Part shown: one piece after another, positions 7,873 to 14,249 of the stretch | How the letters are laid out: the number at the start of each line of letters is the position of its first letter | How positions within the stretch are numbered: the stretch's first letter is position 1 | Assembly: GCF_008386495.1 (NCBI RefSeq) | Contig: NZ_VTHJ01000010.1 | Span: 127,905-151,904 of the forward strand | Reading direction: 5' to 3' | Source: Streptomyces tailanensis | GTDB taxonomy: Bacteria > Actinomycetota > Actinomycetes > Streptomycetales > Streptomycetaceae | DNA: 24,000 nucleotides | Program-made: the position numbers and the translations under genes | Notes under the pieces: model-generated | Database searches by the model: none | What the model saw: the letters and a program-made list of their open reading frames with translations, nothing else | Told to the model about the DNA's origin: nothing

Positions 7873-9171
7873 ATGCACCGTGCTCGAACCACCCGCACCC
7901 GCCCCACCCACATCACCGTCATAGGCGGCGGCTTCGCCGGCCTCACCGCAGCCGTCACCGCTGCCGAGGCGGGCGCCAAGGTCACCGTGTACGAGGCGCA
8001 CCACACGCTGGGCGGCCGGGCCCGGACCGCCGAGGGGCCGTACCGTACGAACGAGGGCCCGCACGCGCTGTACAGCGGCGGCCCGCACTGGACCTGGCTC
8101 GCGCAGCGCGACCTGATCGCACCGCTCGCGCCCCTCCCGGCCCTGGAGGTCGCCCGCCTGCGCCTGCACCACAAGGGCGCCCTCCGCCGCACCCTGCCGT
8201 TCGGAATGCTCAAGCTGCTGCGGCGCGGTACGCACCACCGCGCCCCCGTCGACGTCGACTTCCACACCTGGGCCACCGAACAGGCGGGCGAGGAAGCCGC
8301 CCGCGCCGCCGCCAACTACGCGGCGGTCGCCCTGTTCCACCACGCCCCGGGCGCCCTCTCCGCCGCGTTCGTGCAGGAACGTCTGCGCCGGGCCACCAAG
8401 CTGCCCCCGGAGGCGCACTACCCGCGCGGCGGCTGGGCGAGCGTCATCGACCGGATGGCGGCCCGCGCCTGGAACCTCGGCGTCCGCATGGAGACCCTCA
8501 GCCGGATCGACAGCCTGGACGACCTCCCGGGGACTGCCGGACACGGAACCGGACCCGGACCGGGACGCGTACGCGGACCCGGATCCGGACCCGTCATCGT
8601 CGCCACTTCCCTCGACGCCGCCCGCCGTCTGCTCCACGACGACTCGCTGACCTGGCCCAGCGGCCGTACCGCGCTCCTCGACATCGCCGTACGAACGCTC
8701 CCCCACTCTCGGCTTCGCTCGATCGGGGGGACCCCCACCGGGGACGCGTTCGCCGTCTCCGACCTGGACGCCCCGGGCTGGATCGAACGCTTCACCGCAC
8801 AGGACCGCACCCTCGCCCCGGCCGGCGAGCAACTGATCCAGGGGCAGTTCCCGATCGCGCCGCACGAGTCCCGCGCGGCCGGCGTCGCCCGTGGCGAGCA
8901 CCTCCTCGACCTGGGCTTCCCGGGCTGGCGCGACCGGGTCACCTGGCGTCGCGAGTCGACCGCCAACGGCCGTACGGGCGCGGTCGACCCGCCCGGCACC
9001 AGCTGGCGCGACCGCCCGGCGGTGGACCGCGGCGACGACGTGTACCTCGCCGGCGACCAGGTCGCCGCACCGGGCGTGCTCGCGGAGGTGTCGTTCAACA
9101 GTGCCCTCACCGCCGTCTCACTGGCCCTCGGAAGGCAGTCGAAGAACACCCTTGACCTCAAGCATGCTTGA
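7873..9171 (+). CDS. NAD(P)/FAD-dependent oxidoreductase (amine oxidase / phytoene desaturase-like fold)
   Basis: The N-terminal dinucleotide-binding motif is ITVIGGGFAGLTAAVTAAEAGAKVTVYEAHHTLGGR. The C-terminal VYLAGDQVAAPG is typical of this family. The ORF-track start at 7114 overlaps the opposite-strand pentapeptide gene, so the first in-frame ATG after it (7873) was used. Confidence 0.8.
   Translation: MHRARTTRTRPTHITVIGGGFAGLTAAVTAAEAGAKVTVYEAHHTLGGRARTAEGPYRTNEGPHALYSGGPHWTWLAQRDLIAPLAPLPALEVARLRLHHKGALRRTLPFGMLKLLRRGTHHRAPVDVDFHTWATEQAGEEAARAAANYAAVALFHHAPGALSAAFVQERLRRATKLPPEAHYPRGGWASVIDRMAARAWNLGVRMETLSRIDSLDDLPGTAGHGTGPGPGRVRGPGSGPVIVATSLDAARRLLHDDSLTWPSGRTALLDIAVRTLPHSRLRSIGGTPTGDAFAVSDLDAPGWIERFTAQDRTLAPAGEQLIQGQFPIAPHESRAAGVARGEHLLDLGFPGWRDRVTWRRESTANGRTGAVDPPGTSWRDRPAVDRGDDVYLAGDQVAAPGVLAEVSFNSALTAVSLALGRQSKNTLDLKHA
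8698..8739 (+). repeat. 42-nt hairpin-forming repeat, copy A, in frame inside the oxidoreductase CDS
   Basis: ctcccccactctcggcttcgctcgaTcggggggacccccacc matches the reverse complement of 21547-21588 at 41 of 42 positions. It starts on a codon boundary and encodes LPHSRLRSIGGTPT. Confidence 0.9.
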
Positions 9172-9217
9172 GGTCGGAGGCTGGGCCCATCGAACGAAAA
9201 CCCGAGAGGGAGCCTCC

Positions 9218-10189
9218 ATGCACGCCATCCGTCTGCACACCTTCGGCCCGGCCGAGAACCTCACCTACGAGAAGGTCGAGGACCCCGAGCCCGGCCCCGG
9301 CCAGGTGCGTATCGCCGTGGCCGCGGCCGGCGTACATCTGCTGGACGCGGCCCTACGAGAAGGTCACCAAGGGCCCGGCCCGGCACCGGAGTTGCCCACG
9401 ATCCCCGGCCGCGAGGTCGCCGGAGTCGTCGAGGCCCTCGGCGAGGGCACCCCGGCGCACTGGCTCGGCAAGCGCGTCACCGCCCACCTCGGCTTCGTAC
9501 CCGGCGGCTACGCCGAACTGGCCGTCACGGACGCCGAACGGCTGTACGAGATCCCGGAGAACCTCGACTTCGCGGAGGCCGTCGCGATGGTCGGCACGGG
9601 CCGTACGACGATGGGGATCCTGCAGTTCGCCGAACCCGGCCCCGACGACGTGGCCGTGATCCCGGCCGCGGCCGGCGGTATCGGCACCCTCCTCGTGCAG
9701 TACGCCAAGAACGCGGGCGCCACCGTCATCGGCCTCGCCGGCGGCCCCGAGAAGACGGCGCGGGTAGCGGCGAACGGCGCCGATCTCGCCGTCGACTACA
9801 CGGAACCGACCTGGCCGGAGCGGGTCGCCGCGTACCGGGGGAAGGTCACGGTGGTCTTCGACGGCGTAGGCGGGACGGCGGCCCGCGAGTCCGTCGCCCT
9901 CCTCGCACCCAGCGGCAAGCACATCGTCTTCGGCTGGTCGGCGGAAGGCATCAAGAACGGGAGCCCGTACCTCGTCGAGGGCGTCTCGGAGTCCGTCCTG
10001 GGCGAGGAGATGCTCCGCAGGGCGGGCGGCCCCGACCCCCTCCGCACCCTCGCACTCCGCGCCCTCACCGAAGCCGCCACCGGCCACCTCACCCCGGCCG
10101 TCCACCGCTTCCCCCTCACCGAGGCGGCCGCCGCCCACCGCGCCCTGGAAACCCGCGGCACGACCGGCAAAGTGGTGCTGGAACCGTGA
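9218..10189 (+). CDS. Quinone oxidoreductase-like medium-chain dehydrogenase/reductase (MDR family)
   Basis: MHAIRLHTFGPAENL..PGPGQVRIAVAAAGVHLLD..IPGREVAGVV matches the family N-terminus. The cofactor motif is IPAAAGGIGTLLVQYAK and the C-terminus is GKVVLEP. GAGAGGGAG RBS lies at 9205-9213. Confidence 0.85.
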   Translation: MHAIRLHTFGPAENLTYEKVEDPEPGPGQVRIAVAAAGVHLLDAALREGHQGPGPAPELPTIPGREVAGVVEALGEGTPAHWLGKRVTAHLGFVPGGYAELAVTDAERLYEIPENLDFAEAVAMVGTGRTTMGILQFAEPGPDDVAVIPAAAGGIGTLLVQYAKNAGATVIGLAGGPEKTARVAANGADLAVDYTEPTWPERVAAYRGKVTVVFDGVGGTAARESVALLAPSGKHIVFGWSAEGIKNGSPYLVEGVSESVLGEEMLRRAGGPDPLRTLALRALTEAATGHLTPAVHRFPLTEAAAAHRALETRGTTGKVVLEP

Positions 10190-10515
10190 CCACCTCCATG
10201 AGGCGCCCTGCCCCAGCGCTGGACCACACACCCCCATCGCCCCCGACCCCCACCGCTGGTGGGCCCTGGTCGTCATAGCCCTCGCCCAACTGATGGTCAT
10301 CCTCGACGCGACCATCGTGAACATCGCCCTCCCCTCCGCCCAGCGCGACCCAGGGATGTCCGACGGCAACCGCTGGAGGTCCCCTCACGCCCTTTAGGCA
10401 GTGGGGGAGGGTCATCACCTCCTACACCCTCGCCTTCGGCTGCCTGCTCCTCCTCGGCGGCCGCGTCTCCGACCTCCTCGGCCGCAAGCGCGCGTTCATC
10501 ATCGGCATGGTCGGC
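10186..10515 (+). pseudogene. 5' fragment of a DHA2-type MFS transporter, frameshifted, interrupted and 3'-truncated
   Basis: HRWWALVVIALAQLMVILDATIVNIALPSAQRD.GMSDGNR reads in one frame, then 31 extra nt containing a TAG follow. VITSYTLAFGCLLLLGGRVSDLLGRKRAFIIGMVG then reads in another frame. The only start codons (GTG 10186, ATG 10198) are in a third frame. Homology stops at about 10515, roughly 100 aa into a family that is normally much longer. Confidence 0.8.
10374..10410 (+). repeat. Hairpin-forming insertion in the MFS remnant, related to the 42-nt repeat
   Basis: tggaggtcccctcacgccctttaggcagtgggggagg shares tgg.ggtcccc and agtgggggaggg with copy B (21548-21590). CCCCTCAC and GTGGGGG can pair across a small internal hairpin. 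Confidence 0.6.
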
Positions 10516-11028
10516 AGCCAGGTCCGCCGCTGCCCCATGAGACTCGCCGTGAAGCCCTCGGTACAGCACAACACATACGGCGCCCGAACCGTCCCGTACG
10601 ACGTGACCGCATGCTTCGCCCGAATCTCGGTAACCGGCGTCCACTCATGGACAGTGACCCCCAGCCCTTCGACCACTGCCGCCAGCCCCGTCACCAGCTT
10701 CACCGGATTCACCCGCGCCCCGTGCGGCGTCCAGGCCGACCCCACGAATATCGGCGTCGCCCCCCTCCGCCCCCGCCACCCGCACAACCTCTTCGACGGT
10801 GTCGTTCATCACCCGCTGAAGCCGCACGGCGGCCTGATGCCCATGCAGCCGCGCATACCGATCACGCCCCGCGACCCCGTTGTACAGCCACCCCCCATTA
10901 CGCCCGGAGGCCCCGTACCCGAAGAACTTCTGCTCCAGCACCACGATCCGCAAAAACGGCGCCGCATTCCCCGGCCAACGGCTGGGAACCCGGGCACACG
11001 CGAACACGCGCACGTAGTGTCGGCGCAT
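10512..11028 (-). pseudogene. Remnant of an FAD-dependent (DadA / glycine oxidase-like) oxidoreductase: 5'- and 3'-truncated, with an internal deletion and frameshift
   Basis: LRIVVLEQKFFGYGASGRNGGWLYNG...VMNDTVEEVVRVAGAEGGDADI reads in one frame. SAWTPHGARVNPVKLVTGLAAVVEGLGVTVHEWTPVTEI..VLCCTEGFTASLMGQRRTWLP reads in another. The GxGxxG Rossmann start is missing, and homology ends at the junction with the MFS remnant. Confidence 0.75.
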
Positions 11029-11905
11029 GATCGATGTTCCGGAGGAACTCGCCGAAACCCAGGAAAAGACCAACGGCGCGGCCGGCCGCGCATTCATCAC
11101 CGACCTCCCGCGCCTGACCGCCACCTTCCTGGACCGCTGGGACCTCCGCCTCGACGGCCCACCCATGCACGGCATGTGCGCCCTGGTCGTACCGGTGGTC
11201 CGCACGACCGACAACACCCCCGCCGTCCTCAAACTCCAACTCCTCGACGACGAGAGCGAGGGCGAACCGATCGCCCTGCGCATCTGGAACGGCGACGGAG
11301 CCGTACGCCTCCTCGACCACGACGACGAGACCGGCACCATGCTGCTCGAACGCCTCGACCCCGCCCGGATGCTGACCTACGAGCCCGACTCCCGCAAGGC
11401 CGTCCTGGTCATCGCCCGCCTCCTGGCCCACCTGACAGCCACCCCCGCACCCCCTGGCATGCGCCGCCTGGCCGACATCGCGGCCGACATGCTCAACCGC
11501 ACCCCACCCGTCCTGGACCGCATCACGGACCCGACCGACCGCCGCCTGATCGCCGACTGCGCCGCAGCCGTACGCGAGGTCATGGCCGAACCCGGCGACC
11601 GCCTGCTCCACTGGGACCTGCACTTCGACAACGTCCTCGCCACCGACCGCACCCCCTGGCTGGCCATCGACCCCAAGCCCCTGGCCGGCGACCCCGCCTT
11701 CGACCTCTGGCCGGCCCTGAACAACCGCTTCGACCCCGACGAGGTCCACTGGCGCTTCGACGCGATGACCGAGGTCCTGAACCTGGACCGGGAGCGGGCG
11801 CGGGCCTGGACGCTGGGGCGACTACTGCAGAACGCCGTCTGGGAGGTGGAGGAAGGTCGACCGCTCCAGGCGGACGACTTGGAGATCGCCCGCCGACTGC
11901 GGTGA
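11027..11905 (+). CDS. Aminoglycoside / hydroxyurea antibiotic resistance kinase, APH(6) (streptomycin 6-kinase-like) family
   Basis: 292 aa with the catalytic loop LLHWDLHFDNVL, then WLAIDPKPLAGDPAFDL. The overall layout (LKLQ..DE..GE..AL..W.G.GAVRLL) matches APH(6)-type kinases. Confidence 0.8.
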   Translation: MIDVPEELAETQEKTNGAAGRAFITDLPRLTATFLDRWDLRLDGPPMHGMCALVVPVVRTTDNTPAVLKLQLLDDESEGEPIALRIWNGDGAVRLLDHDDETGTMLLERLDPARMLTYEPDSRKAVLVIARLLAHLTATPAPPGMRRLADIAADMLNRTPPVLDRITDPTDRRLIADCAAAVREVMAEPGDRLLHWDLHFDNVLATDRTPWLAIDPKPLAGDPAFDLWPALNNRFDPDEVHWRFDAMTEVLNLDRERARAWTLGRLLQNAVWEVEEGRPLQADDLEIARRLR

Positions 11906-11908
11906 AGG

Positions 11909-11953
11909 TGGAGCCCCCTGTCGGATTCGAACCGACGACCTACGCATGACAAG
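11909..11953 (-). pseudogene. tRNA-Thr 3'-half fragment (anticodon loop to CCA), att-like duplicate
   Basis: The reverse complement is cttgtcatgcgtaggtcgtcggttcgaatccgacagggggctcca: T-arm, acceptor 3' strand, discriminator and CCA, with no 5' half. The 31 nt at 11911-11941 are identical to 12309-12339. Confidence 0.85.
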
Positions 11954-12308
11954 TTGTCCGATCTTGATCCGGGGGTGTCTGTAGGCGTTCACGAACTGGG
12001 CTCCGCCCCTGGTGACACTGCGCTCCAGACCTGGATGGACGACAGCGGACGGGCTCGGAATCAACGACGTCTGAGACCATGACTGAGACCGCGCGCCCTA
12101 CGTTCACGTCCCGCTCGTCGCTCATGCCCATCCTGTGAGCGGCCAGGTCGCAGACGTGCCACGACCATCGCCCCCGGGTACTCCTGGACCGGCCAGAACC
12201 CCGGACTCGTTCCTGAGACCGAGGACCGCAGGGCCCCCACCCCACCAACAGCCGTATCCGAAGAACAGAAAACCCCAGGTAAGAGAGCTCTTACCTGGGG
12301 TTTCAGCT
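11942..12308. mobile_element. 367-bp remnant bounded by 31-bp tRNA-derived direct repeats (degenerate integrative element, no integrase)
   Basis: It is flanked by identical 31-mers derived from the tRNA-Thr 3' end. Its internal ORFs show no recognisable protein features. Confidence 0.4.
12270..12303 (-). terminator. Rho-independent terminator of tRNA-Thr
   Basis: aaaccccaggtaagag / ctcttacctggggttt forms a 16-bp stem. On the minus strand it is followed by TTTTCTGTTCTT and it begins 7 nt after the tRNA 3' end. Confidence 0.8.
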
Positions 12309-12309
12309 G

Positions 12310-12383
12310 AGCCCCCTGTCGGATTCGAACCGACGACCTGATCATTACAAGTGATCTGCTCGTTCCAGCTGAGCTAAGGAGGC
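12310..12383 (-). tRNA. tRNA-Thr (anticodon UGU)
   Basis: A 74-nt cloverleaf was folded by hand. The acceptor is GCCTCCT/AGGGGGC, the D-arm GCTC-AGCTGGAAC-GAGC, the anticodon arm GATCA-CTTGTAA-TGATC, the variable loop AGGTC and the T-arm GTCGG-TTCGAAT-CCGAC. CCA is not encoded. Confidence 0.92.
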
Positions 12384-12557
12384 GCTACGCCTCAACGCCG
12401 CGCGTCCAGGCTGCTCCACTGTACACAGAGCCCGTTTCCCCAAGCCACGAAGTTCGGCACTCACCTCGACCATAAAACTGCGCGTAACCATCCGTGCACC
12501 CGTTCGTTGATCGGTCTGACGTGCTGTTCCGAAGATCGGATCGTCGGGGAGGGGTTC

Positions 12558-13964
12558 ATGCAGGAGTCAGCGAAGAAGCCGAAGCCGAAAGCGGTGAAGG
12601 GCGAGGAGGCCAAGCGCATCAAGCGCGAGACCCTCGGCATCGGCGACCGCCGCAAGCACCACGCCCGCAAGGCGACTCCACTGAAGGGCCACGCCAAAGA
12701 GCCGGACACCCAGGACCGTCTCTACCGGTTCCGCTTCTATCCGACCGAGGAGCAGGCCGAGCAGCTGCAGCAGACGTTCGGAGCCTGCCGGTGGGTCTAC
12801 AACGAGGGGCTGGCTCTGCGGTCCAACGCCTGGGAGCAGCACCGGGTGAATGTGGGGTTCGCGGAGACGTGTCGCGCTCTGACCGGCTGGAAGCGGGTCG
12901 AGGAGACGGCGTGGCTCAAGGAGGTGTCGTCGACGGTGCTCCAGCAGTCCTTGCGGCATCTGGATCAGGCGTTCTCGCGGTTCTTCCAGGGCACGGCGAA
13001 GTATCCGAGTCGGAAGAAGAAGGGGCGGTCGCGGGATTCGGCGACGTATGTGAGTACGGGTTTCAAGTGGGTCGAGGACCCGGAGCGTCCGGGGACAGGC
13101 CTGATCACGCTGGCCAAGCAGTCGGAGCCGCTTGACATCCGCTGGTCGCGTGCACTGCCCGCCGGTCTGGTCCCGGTCCGGCTGTCGGTTACGCGGGACC
13201 GGGCGGGGCGGTACTTCGTGTCCACGCTCGTGGAGGAGCGAATAGCGCCGCTGCCTGTCGTCTTCCTGCCGGGTTCGCGTGAGCCGAAGGCTGTGGGGCT
13301 CGACCTCGGGTTGGCATCGCTCGTCACTCTCGATGACGGATCGAAGCTCGATCATCCACGGCTGTTGAAGCGGTACGCGGAGAAGCTGGCGCGGCTTCAG
13401 CGTGAGCTGCACGAGAAGGTGAAGGGGTCCAGGAACCGGAACAAGATCAGGCAGAAGATCGCTCGTCTCTACGCGCTGATCAGCGACGTACGCAGGGACT
13501 TGCTGGACAAGTTCACGACCCGTCTCGTGCGCGAGAACCAAGTGCTCGTGGTGGAGGACCTGTCCATCGTGACCCTGTTGCGCCCGGCGCGTGGCAAGGG
13601 CAGGCGCCGGAAGGCCCGGCTGAATGAGGCGATCGTCGACGCGGGGTGGGGCGAGTTGCTGCGGCAGCTGCGCTACAAGTGCGAGTGGTACGGACGGACG
13701 CTGGTGATCGTCGACCGTTTCTTTCCTTCGACTCGGCGGTGTTCGGCCTGTCATGCGAAGGGTCCGAAGATGGATGTCTCGGTTCGGGAGTGGACCTGTG
13801 CCGAGTGCGGTGTGGTCCATGATCGGGATGTGAACGCCGCCGTGAACCTTCGGGACGAGGGAATGCGGCTGTACTGGTCGGTCGCTGCGGCGCTGCCTCC
13901 GGAGAAGAAGGTGCCGACGGTGATCAAGGCGTCGGAGCTGGAGAAGTGTTTGCTGGCTGCGTAG
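12558..13964 (+). CDS. tnpB: RNA-guided endonuclease TnpB (OrfB_IS605 / RuvC plus zinc ribbon)
   Basis: The N-terminal signature is YRFRFYPTEEQAEQL..FGACRWVYN. RuvC-I is AVGLDLGL, RuvC-II is VLVVEDLS, the zinc ribbon is CSACH...CAECG, and RuvC-III is HDRDVNAAVNL. The ATG at 12558 has GGGGAGGGG just upstream. Confidence 0.9.
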   Translation: MQESAKKPKPKAVKGEEAKRIKRETLGIGDRRKHHARKATPLKGHAKEPDTQDRLYRFRFYPTEEQAEQLQQTFGACRWVYNEGLALRSNAWEQHRVNVGFAETCRALTGWKRVEETAWLKEVSSTVLQQSLRHLDQAFSRFFQGTAKYPSRKKKGRSRDSATYVSTGFKWVEDPERPGTGLITLAKQSEPLDIRWSRALPAGLVPVRLSVTRDRAGRYFVSTLVEERIAPLPVVFLPGSREPKAVGLDLGLASLVTLDDGSKLDHPRLLKRYAEKLARLQRELHEKVKGSRNRNKIRQKIARLYALISDVRRDLLDKFTTRLVRENQVLVVEDLSIVTLLRPARGKGRRRKARLNEAIVDAGWGELLRQLRYKCEWYGRTLVIVDRFFPSTRRCSACHAKGPKMDVSVREWTCAECGVVHDRDVNAAVNLRDEGMRLYWSVAAALPPEKKVPTVIKASELEKCLLAA

Positions 13965-14148
13965 AGGTAGCCGGTGCGGTACGGACCGACGGGCCGTCGG
14001 CCGGAATGCCTGTGGAGCTCGTGTGAGACCGGTCAGGCATAGCCCTACCAGGGGCTGTGTGTGTGGTCGGCAGTGAGCGATGAAGCAGGAAGCCTCGGTG
14101 CAAGGTCAAAAGGGGATCGCTCTGACTTGACCGAGGCAAGGTCAAAAG
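13965..14148 (+). ncRNA. Candidate omega-RNA (reRNA) scaffold of the tnpB element; the 5' end probably lies inside the tnpB 3' end and the 3' end is uncertain
   Basis: It lies directly downstream of tnpB and carries consecutive hairpins: atgcctg/caggcat (14006-14012 / 14034-14040), agccc(t)-acca-ggggct (14041-14056), and gcctcggt...accgaggc (14092-14099 / 14130-14137). It has no coding signal. Confidence 0.45.
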
Positions 14149-14249
14149 TGAGGTGCTCTGCCCCCTCGAAAATTTCCGCGAAGTTCACAGCCGTCCAGGT
14201 ACTGACAGACGAGGTGAACGCCAGGTACCGTCCTGACCCAGTTCACTGT

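Larger units (their letters stand above)
12500..14150 (+). mobile_element. IS200/IS605-superfamily element carrying only tnpB (IS1341-like); ends approximate
   Basis: It has tnpB but no tnpA. A 12-nt motif is shared near both ends (gatcgGtctgac 12509-12520 and gatcgCtctgac 14115-14126). Codon usage differs visibly from its neighbours, with more G- and T-ending codons. It is inserted between the tRNA-Thr and the msiK regulatory region. Confidence 0.6.

Noticed and set aside
10507-11949. A 480-aa plus-strand ORF across the pseudogene region and the APH(6) gene.
   Set aside because: It is extremely Pro/Arg-rich and out of frame with the APH(6) motifs, so it is a GC artefact.
11940-12345. Small ORFs inside the att-flanked 367-bp segment, examined as possible integrase or excisionase fragments.
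   Set aside because: No tyrosine-recombinase (R..HxxR..Y) or Xis-like features are present. The ORFs run through the tRNA and terminator sequences.
12567-13820. A 417-aa minus-strand ORF antisense to tnpB.
   Set aside because: It has no recognisable domain and an Arg/Pro/Leu-rich composition. The tnpB frame carries all the catalytic motifs.
14212-14220. The 9-mer aggtgaacg occurs three times (14212, 23120, 23137), raising the idea of a shared regulator motif.
   Set aside because: The core cgttcac/gtgaacg occurs at many other places in the window, including coding regions (for example about 3405, 4280, 11993, 12105 and 16224). The post-hoc match is not convincing without statistics.
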